Source of the DNA: Mustelus asterias
Lineage: Eukaryota
Length of the DNA: 64,000 bases
Assembly: GCF_964213995.1 (NCBI RefSeq)
Contig: NC_135808.1
Coordinates: 620,001 to 684,000 of the forward strand
Reading direction: 5' to 3'
The notes under the pieces are model-generated. The model was not told where the DNA came from. It saw nothing but the letters and a program-made list of their open reading frames with translations, and made no database searches. Position numbers and translations under genes: made by a program. Shown in pieces: positions 26,611-38,530 of the stretch (positions are counted from its first letter, which is position 1; each line of letters begins with the position of its first letter).

Positions 26611-27827
26611 TCTCTGAACAAGGTGCCACACTCCGGCATCTGTTCGGGTACACTGAAGGACAATGTAGCATGGCCAATGTACCTAACCAGCACATCTTTC
26701 AGACTGTGGGAGGAAACCAGAGCACCCGGAGGAGACCCACACAGACACAGGGAGAACGTGCAGACTCTGCACAGCCAAGCCGGGGATCGAACCTGGGTCC
26801 CTGGTGCTGCGAGGCAGCAGTGCTAATCACTGTGCCACTGTGTTGCAAGTTGGCGAGCATTGATTGCCTATCCCTAGATGCCTTGATTGATACAACTGAG
26901 TGACTTTCTAGGCCATTTCAGTGGGCAGTTGAGGGTCAACCACTTTGCTGTGGCTCTGGAATCACATGTAGGCCAGACCAGACAAGGGCAGCAGATTACA
27001 TTCCCTGAAGGACATTAGTGAACCAGATGGGTTTTTCTGACAATCGACAATGGTACTTGGTCGTACATTTTTAATTCTCAATATTTTTGTTGAATTCAAA
27101 TTCCACCATCTGCCATGGCGGGATTCGAACCCAGGTCCCCAGAACATTAGCTGAGTTTCTGGATTAATAGTCCAGCGATAATACCATTAGGCCATCACCT
27201 CTCCTGAGTCTTTAATTTAAGTGGACAACAATACACAGCAAGGGGGTTAATCTTTCCATTGCACAAATCCTTGATCACATCCCACTTGAAGAACTTGCGT
27301 TCAGTTCTGGGCACTGCACCTCAGGAAGTACATATAGACCATTAAGGTGTGCAATGCGGGAACTCAAAAGTCGTTGGTCTGTAGTGCAGACTTAAGCATT
27401 ACTGGGAAAAAAAGAGGCATTTTATTGATGTTTTTCATCCTGCACTCATTTGGGACAATTTGCGTGAATACCAAAATCTTCCTGGAATTAATCAGCACTC
27501 TCTTCTCATGCCTAAATGTGTAGGTTTACCCTGACATCGGGGTTCTTGTGAAATTTCCCGCTTGAACACAAGACGATAAACTTCGTCAAAATGTCTCTTA
27601 TTTCAGAAATTAAAGGTTATTTTTCAAAGGATAAATATAGCGCATGGCTTTTACAAATTAGGGTGGTGGAACTATGTTTAATTTCATATAGAAACAGTTC
27701 TCAAATGTCTCCATCAAACCACTAAAAAAATCTAACCGGAACAAAAGAAGCTAACAGATATTTATTCAGTGGAGTAAACATTCTACAGTTGCCCAGCAGT
27801 CACGGGGAGACTGAAGCATGCCAATCG

Positions 27828-28420
27828 AGGGCAGCACGGTGGCAGAGTGGTTAGCACCAATGCCTCACAGTGCCAGGGACCTGGGTTCAATTCCAGGCTT
27901 GGGTGACTGTGTGGAGTTTGCATGTTCTCCCCGTGTCTGCATGGGTTTCCTCTGGGTGCTCCGGTTTCCTCTCACAGTCCAAAAGACATGCAGGTTAGGT
28001 GAATTGGCCATGCTAAATTGCCCCTTAGTGTCCAAAGTTGTGTAGGTTAGATGAATTAGCCCCTAATTAGGTGAATTAGCCATGCTAAATTGCCCCTTAG
28101 TGTGCAAAAATGTGCAAGTTAGGTGGATTGGCCATGTTAAATTGCCTCTTATTGTCCCAAGATGTGCAGGTTAGGTGAAATGGCCATGCTAAATTGCCCC
28201 TTGGGGTCCCAAGATGTGTAAGTTAGGTGAAATGGCCATGCTAAATTGCCCCTTGGGGTCCCAAGATGTGTAAGTTAGGTGAAATGGCCATTGTAATGCA
28301 TGGGGTTAAGAGAATAGGGCAGAGAGGATGGCCTAGGTAGGATGCTCTTTTGGAGAGTAGGTGCAGACCCAATGGGCCGGATGGCCTCTTTCTGCACTGT
28401 AGGGATTTTATGACTCTATG
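27828..28420 (+). mobile_element. HE1-type SINE with an expanded internal ~48-bp tandem repeat
   Basis: Unit like gtgcaggttaggtgaattggccatgctaaattgccccttagtgtccaaag repeated about 6 times (27990-28290). Confidence 0.8.
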
Positions 28421-28734
28421 GAGTGGTACCACATGATTCCTCCCACGGTCCCTTGGTGCGGACAAGAGTGCTGAGAAATCTAGGTCTTGGTTGAGTGGCC
28501 GAGGACAAATTCTCAGACTGGCTATGCTACCTGCACATTCCAGTCAACTGCCCACAGTCCAACCTCCCTCACCCGCACCGCAACCTCAGACAGCTCGGAG
28601 GGAGGAGGTGAGTGAGGTGAGGGAGGCAGGTTGGTGTCCAACAGCAGGTGCATAAATAGAGTGTGAAGCTGGTCAGTTCAGGAGAGAAATGAGAGATGAG
28701 GACGTTATGTGTGAATATTATTTAAAATTGGGTT

Positions 28735-29195
28735 TACAAGGATGTTGCCAGGGCTAGAAATGGCGAGAGAGATTGGATAGGTTGGGATTATTTTCCTTGG
28801 AACAAAGAAGGCTGAGGGGTAACTTGACAGAGATGTACAAAATTATGCGGGGAAGAGATAGTGTGGACAGGATAAAATTGTTTCCCTTGGTGGAGAATTC
28901 TAGAACCAGGGATCATAGATTCAAGATAAGTGGCAGTAGGTGTAGAGGGGACATGAGGAAGAACTTTTTTTAACACAGAGGGTGCTGGGTGTCTGGGATG
29001 GTGGTGGAGACAGAGACCCTAAACTCATTTTTAAAGTACCTGGTTCTGCACTCTAAGTGCTGTAAGTGGCAGGGTTATGGGCCGGGTGCAGGAAGGTGGG
29101 ATTAGAAAGGGAGAAAGGGCACCTGGGTGTCCTCGATCTGGCATGGACAAGATGGGCCAAATGGCCTCCTTCTGTGCTGTAACTTTTCTATGGCT
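28735..29195 (+). mobile_element. CR1 3' fragment
   Basis: RLGLFSLEQRRLRG motif and CR1 3' tail. Confidence 0.8.
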
Positions 29196-29619
29196 CTGAG
29201 GTTCTATTACTAGTCGTATTAAAAACTAAACGCCAAACAGAATGATTTCAATGCAAGATTTTTATTTGCCTGTTAAACATATGTACTGGGATTATCAGAG
29301 GAGATAACCAGGGGAGTAAAATAGCACTTCAGCAGGATCATGTAGAAAACCATGCAAAGCTCACCTAAACAGAAGATAATATCACAAAATCAACTGGGAT
29401 CCTTCAAAGCCACGTGACCAATTTGTACAATATGCCATATGTGCAAATGGAAACAAAATACTTTTGACACGTCAACACGTATTCAAGTTATTACACTTGG
29501 TGGGGACGTGGCGGGGTGGGGGGCGGGTGGATTGTGGCTGGGGTAGGGTGGGGTGGGAGGGGTTTGCGGTAGGGGTCGTGGTAAAAGTAGGTGGGAGAAA
29601 TGAAAGCTTGCGAAGGAAT

Positions 29620-31530
29620 TTAATCGACCTCCTCAATTGTTGGACCGCTGAAGGAATTTCCTTTCCCAGCTTGGTCGCCAAAGCCAACTGGTACATCCCC
29701 TTGATATAGCTTGACGATAATTGGGTTGCAGACGTTTTCCAGCTTCCTCAGTTGCTCCTCAAACTCGTTGTTTCCCGCCTCCTGGTGCGCCTCCAGCCAC
29801 GAAATGGCCTGGTTGCATGCTTCAATGGCCTTCTGCTTCTCTTCCTTGCTGATCTTGCCTTTCATTTTCTCCTCCTCCACCGAACTCTTCATGTTGAAGG
29901 CGTGTGACTCCAGGGAGTTCTTGGCGGCGATCTTCTTGCGCTGCTGGTCATCTTGGCCCTTGTATTTTTCCGCTTCCTGCACCATCCTCTCAATCTCCTC
30001 CTTGCTAAGCCTGCCCTTGTCATTAGTGATGGTGATCTTGCTCTCTTTGCCGGTGCTCTTGTCCACAGCCGACACATTAAGGATGCCGTTGGCATCGATG
30101 TCAAAGGTCACCTCGATCTGTGGCACTCCGCGTGGCACAGGGGGAATCCCACTCAGGTCAAATTTGCCCAGGAGGTTGTTGTCCTTGGTCATGGCTCTCT
30201 CTCCTTCATAGACCTGGATAAGGACACCGGGCTGATTGTCAGAATACGTGGTGAAGATCTGCGTCTGCTTGGTGGGAATGGTGGTGTTACGCTTGATGAG
30301 GGCGGTCATCACCCCTCCTGCTGTCTCCAGACCCAACGAGAGCGGAGCCACGTCCAGGAGGAGCAAATCTTGAACATTCTCCGACTTATCCCCCATCAGA
30401 ACAGCCGCTTGAACGGCCGCTCCATAGGCCACGGCTTCATCAGGATTGATGCTCTTGTTCAGCTCTTTGCCGTTGAAGAAATCTTGCAGCAATTTCTGGA
30501 TCTTGGGGATGCGGGTGGAGCCCCCGACCAAGACAACATCGTGGATCTGTGATTTGTCCATCTTGGCGTCTCGCAGAGCTTTCTCCACTGGTTCCAGAGT
30601 GCCTCTGAACAGGTCAGAATTCAGCTCCTCAAACCGAGCCCTGGTGATGGAGGTGTAGAAATCTATGCTTTCAAACAGAGAGTCAATTTCAATACTGGCC
30701 TGGGTGCTGGAGGACAGGGTTCTCTTTGCTCTCTCGCAGGCTGTCCTCAGTCTCCTGACCGCCCTCTTGTTCTGACTGATGTCCTTCTTGTATTTGCGCT
30801 TGAACTCCTCAATGAAGTGATTGACCATGCGGTTATCAAAGTCCTCTCCTCCCAAATGGGTGTCACCCGCTGTCGATTTCACTTCAAAGATACCATCGTC
30901 AATTGTGAGAATGGAAACGTCGAAGGTGCCACCTCCCAAGTCAAAGATGAGAACATTGTGTTCCCCTCTGCCCTTCTTGTCTAGGCCGTAGGCAATGGCA
31001 GCTGCTGTTGGCTCATTGATGACACGGAGGACATTGAGACCAGCGATCACACCGGCATCCTTGGTTGCCTGGCGCTGGGAGTCATTGAAGTAAGCAGGAA
31101 CCGTGATGACAGCATTGGTGACAGTGTGTCCCAGGTAAGATTCAGCCGTCTCCTTCATCTTGGCCAGCACCATGGAGGAGATTTCCTCAGGATAGAAGCT
31201 TTTATCCTCCCCCTTGTACTCGACCTTCACCTTGGGCTTCCCTGCGTCGTTCACCACCTGGAAGGGCCAGTGCTTCATGTCGGATTGGACCACTGGGTCA
31301 TCGAACTTCCTGCCAATGAGCCTCTTGGCGTCGAAGACGGTGTTCTGGGGGTTCAGAGCCACCTGGTTCATGGCAGCGTCTCCAATTAGCCTCTCGGTGT
31401 CATTGAAGGCCACGTAGCTGGGAGTGGTGCGGTTGCCCTGGTCATTGGCGATGATCTCCACCTTGCTCTGTTGGAAGACCCCCACGCAGGAGTAGGTGGT
31501 GCCCAGGTCGATGCCAATGGCTGCTGGCAT
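29620..31530 (-). CDS. hsp70: Cytosolic HSP70 copy 2 (HSPA1-family), 636 aa, uninterrupted CDS
   Basis: [15 protein letters not shown]...GPTIEEVD. True ATG at 31530 (aaccATG). AATAAA on the minus strand at 29261-29266. Confidence 0.96.
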   Translation of the reverse strand: MPAAIGIDLGTTYSCVGVFQQSKVEIIANDQGNRTTPSYVAFNDTERLIGDAAMNQVALNPQNTVFDAKRLIGRKFDDPVVQSDMKHWPFQVVNDAGKPKVKVEYKGEDKSFYPEEISSMVLAKMKETAESYLGHTVTNAVITVPAYFNDSQRQATKDAGVIAGLNVLRVINEPTAAAIAYGLDKKGRGEHNVLIFDLGGGTFDVSILTIDDGIFEVKSTAGDTHLGGEDFDNRMVNHFIEEFKRKYKKDISQNKRAVRRLRTACERAKRTLSSSTQASIEIDSLFESIDFYTSITRARFEELNSDLFRGTLEPVEKALRDAKMDKSQIHDVVLVGGSTRIPKIQKLLQDFFNGKELNKSINPDEAVAYGAAVQAAVLMGDKSENVQDLLLLDVAPLSLGLETAGGVMTALIKRNTTIPTKQTQIFTTYSDNQPGVLIQVYEGERAMTKDNNLLGKFDLSGIPPVPRGVPQIEVTFDIDANGILNVSAVDKSTGKESKITITNDKGRLSKEEIERMVQEAEKYKGQDDQQRKKIAAKNSLESHAFNMKSSVEEEKMKGKISKEEKQKAIEACNQAISWLEAHQEAGNNEFEEQLRKLENVCNPIIVKLYQGDVPVGFGDQAGKGNSFSGPTIEEVD

Positions 31531-31599
31531 GGTTCTTAACTCCTTGTGTGTGTGAGAGAGAGACACACAAACTCCTTAAGTCTGCGAAGGTGTCGCTGC

Positions 31600-31870
31600 T
31601 TCTGTTGCCGTTGGCCGTCGGCAAGTTGCTTATTTACAGTCTGCCGGCGGGATTCCAGAATCCCGCCGCGCGCGCGGGGACCCACCCGTCCGGGGCGGCC
31701 AATCACAGGCTGAGCCTCCCGGACTGTGGAACACTGAGACAGGGCCCGGACCAATCGGCGAGTGCACTACACGGTTGCCATGCCGCCGGCTAATAGCAAC
31801 ATTCGGACGGACAAAGCACGCGCCAATTTTCCGGAGCCGCCGCTGGAACACTTCTCATTTTCCAGCACTT
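31600..31870 (-). promoter_or_regulatory. HSP70 copy 2 promoter
   Basis: TATA variant TGTAAATA 31631-31638, two-unit HSE TTCcaGAA inside a palindrome at 31646-31667, CCAAT boxes, X-box-like half sites 31774-31800, CpG-rich. Confidence 0.65.
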
Positions 31871-32654
31871 GGTCGGTAGCCTTGTATGCTGCAGCCTTCA
31901 AGTACTCATCTGAATGTTTAATAGAATCTCTACAGTGCAGAAGGAGGCCATCCAGGCCATCAAATCTGCACCGACCACAATCCCAGAGCCCCTATCCCCA
32001 TAACCCTATGCTTTTACCGTAGCTAGTCCTCCCTGACACTAAGGGGCAATTTAGCATGGCCAATCCACCTAATCTGCACATTTTTAGACTGTGGGAGGAA
32101 ACCAGAGGGAATTCATGCAGACACAGGGAGAACGTGCAGACTCCACACAGACAGTGACCTAAGCCAGGAATTGAACCCGGGTTCCTGGCACTGTGAGTCA
32201 GCAGTGCTAACCACTGTGCCACCGTGCCGCCCAAATGTTTCTTGAATGTTGTAAGGTTTCCCGCCTCTACCACTCTTTCATAGAATTTCTACAGTGCAGA
32301 AGGAAGCCATTCGGCCCATCGAGTCTGCATCAGCCCTCTGAAGAGCATCCCACCCAACCCCAAACCCCTATCACATCCCTGGAACCCAGTGCATCCACCG
32401 TAGATAGGGGAAATTTAGTATGGCCAATTCGCCAAACCTGTATATGTTTGGAGTGTGGGAGGAAACCGGAGCACCCGGAGGAAACCCAATGCAGACATGG
32501 AGAGAATGTGCAAAGTTCACACAGAGAGTGATCCAAGGCAGAATTGAACCTGGACTCCTGGTACTGTGAGGCAGCAGTGCTTTAAAGGCAGTGAGTTTCA
32601 GATTCCCACCATCCTCTGGGTAAAAAACGTTTTCCTCAAATCCCCTGCTCCTCA

Positions 32655-33883
32655 CAAACCTTATTGAGTTCTTTGAGAAGGTGACCAAAGAGGTGGATCA
32701 AGGTAAAGCGGTTGATGTGGTGTCTATGGATTTCAGTAAAGTGTTTGATAAGGTTCCCCACGGTAAACTATTGCAGAAGATACGGAGGCATGGGATCGAA
32801 GGTGATTTAGCTGTTTGGATCAGGAATTGGCTAGCTGTAAGAAGACAGAGGGTGGTGGTTGACGGGAAATGTTCATCCTGGAGTTCAGTTACTAGTGGTG
32901 TACCGCAAGGATCTGTTTTGGGGCCACTGCTGTTTGTCATTTTTATAAATGACCTGGATGAGGGCGTAGAAGGATGGGTTAGTAAATTTGCAGATGACAC
33001 TAAAGTCGGTGGAGTTGTGGACAGTGCGGAAGGATGTTGCAGGTTACAGAGGGACATAGATGAGCTGCAGAGCTGGGCTGAGAGGTGGCAAATGGAGTTT
33101 AATGCGGAAAAGTGTGAGGTGATTCACTTTGGAAGGAGTAACAGGATTACAGAGTACTGGGCTAATGGTAAGATACTTGGTCGTGTGGATGAGCAGAGAG
33201 ATCTCGGTGTCTATGTGCATAGATCCCTGAAAGTTGGCACCCAGGTTGATAGGGTTGTTAAGAAGGCATACGGTGTGTTAGCTTTTATTGGTAGAGGGAT
33301 TGAGTTTCGGAGCCATGAGGTCATGTTGCAGCTGTACAAAACTCTGGTGCGGCCCCACTTGGAGTATTGCGTACAGTTCTGGTCACCACATCATAGGAAG
33401 GATGTGGAAGCATTGGAAAGGGTGCAGAGGAGATTTACCAGGATGTTGCCTGGTATGGTGGGAAGGTCTTATGAGGAAAGGCTGAGGGACTTGAGGCTGT
33501 TTTCGTTAGAGAAAAGAAGGTTAAGAGGTGACCTCATAGAGGCATATAAGATGACCAGAGGATTAGATAGGGTGGACAGTGAGAGCCTTTTTCCTCGGAT
33601 GGTGATGGCTCGCACGAGGGGACATAGCTTTAAATTGAGGGGTGATAGATATAGGACAGATGTCAGAGGTAGGTTCTTTACTCAGAGAGTAGTAAGGGCG
33701 TGGAATGCCCTGCCTGCAGCAGTAGTGGACTCGCCAACATTAAGGGCATTTAAATGGTTATTGGATAAACATATGGATGATATTGGAATAGTGTAGGTTC
33801 GATGGGCTTTAGATTGGTTTCACAGGTCGGCGCAACATTGAGAGCCGAAGGGCCTGTACTGCGCTGTAATGTTCTATGTTCTA
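32655..33883 (+). mobile_element. Very young 5'-truncated CR1 LINE
   Basis: Uninterrupted 371-aa RT-to-C-terminus frame (32681-33796) with intact 3' UTR and gttctat tail. Confidence 0.95.
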
Positions 33884-35391
33884 TTACCATAAATCTATGC
33901 ATCCTGGTTTTTGACCCTTCTATTAATGGGAAGACTTTTGTTTTGTCCACCCTATCTATACCCCTCATAATTCTGCACATGTCAAACAGATCCCCCCGCC
34001 ACACACCATCCCCCCACCGCACCCCAAGATTGGGAATGGAGGGATACAAACGATTGGTCTAGTTGGACCAAGGAGCTGCACAGGCTTGGAGGGCCGAAGG
34101 GCCTGTTTCCTGTGCTGTACTGTTCTTTGTTCTTTGATTCTGCCTCTAGCTCAGGCATCATCCTGGTGAATCTACTCTGCACAGTCTCGAATGCAATTCC
34201 ATCCTTCCTACCCTAGTGGTGACCAGACCGGCACACAGTACTCTAGCTGTGGCCTATTAAGCAATTTATGCAGCTCCATCATAACCTCATTACTCTTATA
34301 TTCTATACCTTGGCTAATAAAGGCAAATGTCCATATGTTTATTTTAAACACCTTATCTATCTATCCTGCTGCCTTCAGGGACCTATGGACATGCACCCCA
34401 AGGTCCGTCTCATCCTCTGTACTTCTTACCATTCATTATGTATTCCCTTACCTTGTTAGTCCTCCCAAAGTGTATCATTTTTCATGGTTTAAATTCCATT
34501 TGCCGCTGTTCTGCCCATCTGACCAGCCCCATCTATATCATCCTGTAATCTAAGACTTTCCTCCTCGCTATTTACCACACCAGCAATTTTCATGTCATCT
34601 GCAAACTTATTGATCATGCCTCCTACATTTACATTCAGATCATTAATGTACATTGCAAACAGAAAGGGACCCAGCACCAATCCCTGAGGTACACCACAGG
34701 ACGTGAATAAATGTGGCAATTCAAGTCAGTGGAATACTGAAAGGAGAGCTGGAAATCCTGGACATGGATCCTTGCTGAAAACAGCTGAGGAAAGCATTGT
34801 TTAGAAGAAGATTCTAAGATGTGTCTTTTTTGAGGGTGGTGTTTGGGAAACACTCGCGTGGAGTCCAGTAAGATAAATGCACATGGGATTCGGGGTAATT
34901 TGATAAAGTGAATTCAAAATTGGCCCAGTTACAGGAAACAGAGTGTGATGACAGAAGATTACTTCAGTGACTGGAAGCCACTGTCCAGTGGCATACCACA
35001 GGGATCTGTGTTGGGTCCCCTATTATTCATCATTTATATAAATGACATAGATAATTATGTAGTGGGTATGGATAGTAAGTTTACGAGTGGCACAAGATTG
35101 GCTGGGCAGTTAAAAGTAAAGTGGAGTGTCTTGGGCGACAAGAAGATGTCGACGGAATTGACAAATGGGCAGATAAGATAATCCTGAAAAGTACACTTTA
35201 GAACAAGTAATTTAACAGGGACGTATTTGATGAATGGTAGGACACTAGGAAGTTCTGTGGAACAAAGGGAGTTTGGCGTGTTTGTCCACAGATCTCTGAA
35301 GGCGGAAGGGCATGTTAGTAAGGTAGGGAAAAAGGCATTTGGAACACTTGCTTTTATCAATTGAGGCATAGATTAGTAATTGAGGCATAGA

Positions 35392-36205
35392 CACCACACA
35401 ACCCTGCCACAGCAACCTCTGCAAGACGTGCCGGATCATCGACACAGATGCCATCATCTCACGTGAGAACACCATCCACCAGGTACACGGTACATACTCT
35501 TGCAACTCGGCCAACGTTGTCTACCTGATACGCTGCAAGAAAGGATGTCCCGAGGCATGGTACATTGGGGAAACTATGCAGACGCTGCGACAACGGATGA
35601 ATGAACACCGCTCGACAATCACCAGGCAAGACTGTTCTCTTCCTGTTGGGGAGCACTTCAGCGGTCACGGGCATTCGGCCTCTGATATTCGGGTAAGCGT
35701 TCTCCAAGGCGGCCTTCGCGACACACGACAGCGCAGAGTCGCGGAGCAGAAACTGATAGCCAGGTTCCGCACACACAAGGACGGCCTCAACCGGGATATT
35801 GGGTTTATGTCACACTATTTCACATAAATATTTCTGCTTTTTTCCTCCTGAGTCTTTATCATGCGATCCTAGAATCAGAATTTATGTCACACTATTTGTA
35901 ACTCCCACAGTTGCGTGGACCTGCAGAGTTTCACTGGCTGTCTTGTCTGGAGACAATACACATCTTTTTAGCCTGTCTTGATGCTCTCTCCACTCCCATT
36001 GTTTTGTTTCTTAAAGACTGGATTAGTTGTAAGTATTCGCATTCCAACCATTATTCATGTAAATTGAGTCTGTGTCTTATAAGTTCTGTTTGTGAACAGA
36101 ATTCCCACTCACCTGAAGAAGGGGCTCAGAGCCTCGAAAGCTTGTGTGGCTTTTGCTACCAAATAAACCTGTTGGACTTTAACCTGGTGTTGTTAAACTT
36201 CTTAC
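35392..36205 (+). mobile_element. Penelope-like element 3' fragment: GIY-YIG endonuclease plus terminal repeat with a hammerhead motif
   Basis: Translates as CKTC...SCNSANVVYLIRCKKGCPEAWYIGETMQTLRQRMNEH...VGEHF...RRVAEQKLI...GLN. catagatta is repeated at 35367-35375 and 36205-36213. Confidence 0.92.
36110..36146 (+). ncRNA. Minimal type I hammerhead ribozyme motif
   Basis: CAC-CUGAAGA-A-GGGGC-ucaga-GCCUC-GAAA-GCUU-GUG. Confidence 0.8.
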
Positions 36206-36506
36206 ATAGATTACAAAAGCAGGGAAGTCATGTTGGAGTTGTATTGAACTTTGATGGGGCCAGCTAGAGTACTGTGTGCAGTTCTGGTTGCCACATTATA
36301 GGAAGGATGTGATTGTACTGGAGGGGGTCCAGAGGAGATTCACCAGGATGCTGCCGAGGATGGAACATTTAAGTTATGAAGAGAGGTTGGGTAGGCTTGG
36401 GTTGTTATCTTTGATGTGGAGATGCCGGCGTTGGACTGGGGTAAGCACAGTAAGAAGTCTCACAACACCAGGTTAAAGACCAACAGGTTTATTTGGTAGC
36501 ACAAGC

Positions 36507-36541
36507 CACAAGCTTTCGGAGCGCTGCCCCTTCATCAGGTG
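36507..36541 (-). ncRNA. Minimal hammerhead ribozyme motif (left arm)
   Basis: Exact reverse complement of 36567-36601. Confidence 0.8.
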
Positions 36542-36566
36542 AGTGGGAATCTACAGAACTCCCACT

Positions 36567-36601
36567 CACCTGATGAAGGGGCAGCGCTCCGAAAGCTTGT
36601 G
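36567..36601 (+). ncRNA. Minimal hammerhead ribozyme motif (right arm)
   Basis: CAC-CUGAUGA-A-GGGGC-agc-GCUCC-GAAA-GCUU-GUG. Confidence 0.82.
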
Positions 36602-37124
36602 GCTTGTGCCACCAAATGAACCTGTTGGACTTTAACCTGGTGTTGTGAGACTTCTTACTGTTGTTATCTTTGGAGCAGAGAAGACTGAGGGGTTACCAGA
36701 TTGAGTTGTACAAGATTACGAGGGACATGGACAGAGTGGATAAGGAGCAGCTGTTCCTCTTCGTTGAACGGTCTGTCACAAGGGTACATAGATTCAAGAT
36801 GAGGGGCAGGAGATTTAGGGGGATGTGAGGAAAAGTGTTTTTACCCAGAGGGTGGTGACGGTCTGGAATGTGCTGCCTGGAGAGGTAATAGAGTCAGGGT
36901 GCCTCACATCCTTTAAAGAGCATCTGGGTGAGCACTTGGCATGTCATATCATTCAGGGCTATGGGCCAAGCGCTGGTAGATGGGATTAGCTGGGAGTTCA
37001 TACGTTTCTAATGTGCTGGTGCAGACTCGATGAGCTAAAGGACCTCTTCTGCATTGTATGATTCTATGAATATTGGATGATTCTATGAACATTAGGTATA
37101 TTTTGTAAACTGTGTTATCCTTAA

Positions 37125-38530
37125 AATCTCACAATACCAGGTTAAAGTCCAACAAACTTATTTGGAATCACGAGCTTTCAGAGCGTTGCTCCTTCGTCTG
37201 GAGTGCTGCTATTCCACTCACCTGATGATTTTGATTTGATTCATTATTGTCACATGTATTAACATACAATGAAAAGTATTGTCTCTTGCGCACTGTAGAG
37301 ACAAAGCATACCATTCATAGAGAAGGAAACGAGAGAGTGCAGAATGTAGTGTTACAGTCATAGCTCGGGTGTAGAGAAAGATCAACTTAGTGCGAAGTAG
37401 GTCCATTCAAAAGTCTGATCACAGCAGGGAAGAAGCTGTTCTTGAGTCGGTTGGTACGTGACCTCAGACTTTTGTATCTTTTTCCCCGATGGAAAAAGGT
37501 GGAAGAGAGAATGTCCAGGGTGCGTGGGGTCCTTAATTATGCTGGCTGCTTTGCCAAGGCAGCGGGAAGTGTAGACAGAGTCAATGGATGGGAGGCTGGT
37601 TTGCGTGATGGATTGGGCTACACTCACGACCTTTTGGAGTTCCTTGCGGTCATGGGCAGAGCAGGAGCCATACCAAGCTGTGATACAACCAGAAAGAATG
37701 CTTCCTATGGTGCTTCTGTAAAAGTTGGTGAGAATCGTAGCTGACATGCCAAATTTCCTTAGTCCTCTGAGAAAGTAGAGGCGTTGGTGGGCTTTTTTAA
37801 CTATAGTGCCAGTATGGAGGGACCAGGACACGTTGTTGGTGATCTAGACATCTAAAACCTTGAAGCTGTCGATCCTTTCTACTTCATCCCCATTGACGTA
37901 GACAGGGGCATGTTCTCCTTTACGCTTTCTGAAGTCAATGACAACCTCCTTCGTTTTGTTGACATTGACGCCAGTTCACCAGATTCCCTATCTCATTCCT
38001 GTACTCTGTCTTGTCATTGTTTGAGATCCGACCCACTATGGTGGTGTTGTCAGCAAACTTGAAAATCGAATTGGAGGGGAATTTGGCCGCACAGTCATTG
38101 GCGTATAAGTATAGTAGGGGACCGAGAACACAGCCTTGTGGGGCACCGGTGTTGAGGATGATCGTGGAGGAGGTGTTGTTGCCTATCCTAACTGATTGTG
38201 GTCTGTGAGTTAGTAAGTTCAGGATCCAGTCGCAGAGGGAGGTGCGAGGCCCAGGTCACGGAGTTTGGAGATGAGTTTCGTGGGAATAATAGTGTTGAAG
38301 GATGAACTAGGAGTCTGACATAGGTGTCCTTGTTATCTAGGTGTTCCAGGGTTGAGTGCAGGGCCAGGGAGATGGCGTCTGCTGTGGACCTGTTGCGGCG
38401 ATAGGTGAACTGTAGGAAGGAGTAGCGCTCCGAAAGCTCGTGATTCCAAATAAACCTGGTGGACTTTAGCCTGGTATTGTGAGAATTCTTACTGTGCCCA
38501 TCCTAGTCTAACGCTGGCATCGCCACATCA
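37125..38530. mobile_element. Palindromic Penelope-derived element 2, split by a Rex1-like LINE
   Basis: Halves at ~37125-37228 and ~38416-38530. Flanking direct repeat atccttaaaatct (37117-37129, 38530-38542). Confidence 0.85.
37229..38415 (-). mobile_element. Rex1/Babar-like LINE 3' fragment
   Basis: KKAHQRLYFLRGLRKFGMS...ILSGCITAWYGSC, upstream FADNTT-like RT remnant, (atcaa)n-like tail. Confidence 0.8.

Larger units (their letters stand above)
36414..36660. mobile_element. Palindromic non-coding Penelope-derived element 1
   Basis: Arms 36448-36548 and 36560-36660 (3 mismatches counted), 34-nt one-sided tail, flanked by direct repeat gttgttatctttg (36401-36413, 36660-36672). Confidence 0.9.
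34900..37068 (+). mobile_element. Degraded CR1 hosting two Penelope-derived insertions
   Basis: [11 protein letters not shown] and [10 protein letters not shown] fragments are collinear once 35376-36204 and 36414-36660 are removed. Confidence 0.85.

Noticed and set aside
31531-31566. N-terminal extension [12 protein letters not shown] of HSP70 copy 2, and TTG start of copy 1 at 18948
   Set aside because: Both arise from non-ATG starts in the ORF track. Downstream ATGs have good Kozak context and match homolog length.
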